Shown here: positions 63,151 to 64,000 of the stretch, in pieces
Layout of the letters: each line of letters starts with the position of its first letter
Numbering within the stretch: the stretch's first letter is position 1
Made by a program: the position numbers and the translations under genes
Assembly: GCA_043228905.1 (NCBI GenBank)
Contig: JBHGNT010000001.1
Span: 5,146,001-5,210,000, forward strand
Source of the DNA: Azolla caroliniana
Taxonomy: Eukaryota; Plantae; Polypodiophyta
Direction of reading: 5' to 3'
Length of the DNA stretch: 64,000 nucleotides
Notes under the pieces: generated by a model
The model's database searches: none
Told to the model about the DNA's origin: nothing
What the model saw: only the letters and a program-made list of their open reading frames with translations

Positions 63151-64000
63151 AATATGCAGCACGATTTAAAACCTGGACATCACAGTCAGACTAGATGTTG
63201 AGCAGATAAACCTTTAATCCAAAGAACTCGACAGTCATGATACTGGGGTAGAGCTGCAAGCATGGAAAGGGTGAAATGCCATATACACAAATGCCATGGG
63301 AAAATTGATTCAGCGATGACATTGATTCAGCACAAGTTGACAGTATGCCTAGAAATGTTTGCAGTATCAATGTGAGATGCAGAATGAGACCAGAACCCAA
63401 AACTTGTAAAACCAGTTTGGAGATTATAGATGTATTTTCTACAAGCATAAACACCTTCAGGATTAACTAGCTGCAGTCAAATCAGTGAAGTTTGACACAG
63501 AGTTAGTGTGGAAATGTATCTGTGCACTGCCTCTGAAGTATAAGGCTTGGTCGCAACTTTGACCACTCAGGTGAGAAATTCGTTGCTTTTTTCGGCAGAA
63601 ATTACTGAGTTACTTCAAGAAGAAGAGCTGTGGATGAGGGCACCTCAACAATTGAATATGGATTCCACATTCTTTCTAGACAGTAAATTGAAGAAGAAAA
63701 AGATGCCACAAGCGTGGTAAACTCGAAGTACGGCTCACAGTTCAAGTCTGGAAAATCTGAAGGTAAGATTCTCATGGTCAGCTAGGAACACTTCCACACA
63801 TACGATTGATGATGCAAGCATGAAATATCTTGTTATGTTCATAGTGACATGGTGTATTGAATGCACGATTATCACAGCAGTGATTTGTACATGTAAGTTG
63901 CATGAAGATGCATGCAGATTAGTTGGCACAACTTGTCCGGCCTGGCTCAAGTGCCTGAGAAATGAGAAGTTTGCACAATGGCCACAAATAAGCGGATTGG

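Overview
Gene-dense nuclear DNA from a land plant. The protein divergence, AT-rich introns and microsatellite-rich promoters suggest a seed-free plant such as a compact-genome fern, but that is inference only. Twelve intact or edge-truncated protein genes can be reconstructed by hand: PRMT1-type arginine methyltransferase (5' part, -), HOS1 RING E3 ligase/ELYS-like (-), TMEM205/DUF4149 (+), RPL35a/eL33 (+), SD2-type G-lectin receptor kinase (+), P-class PPR (-), F-box/LRR-like (+), chloroplast ATP synthase gamma (-), F-box/kelch (-), ISY1 (+), plastid [2Fe-2S] ferredoxin (-) and VMP1/KMS1 (3' part, -). There is also an F-box pseudogene copy, several LINE remnants, a solo LTR with target-site duplication (TSD), a hAT-type MITE and many tandem repeats. 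The most interesting signals concern RNA processing. RPL35a intron 2 holds a long imperfect hairpin with G-U pairs, lying directly upstream of a competing acceptor that introduces a premature stop, which is a candidate autoregulatory AS-NMD switch. HOS1 has two clear U12-type introns plus a third with a degenerate donor. A decayed minisatellite starts inside the last codons of the receptor kinase. No CRISPR, rRNA or tRNA is evident. All exon boundaries and family assignments come from reading the sequence and from recalled homology, not database searches.
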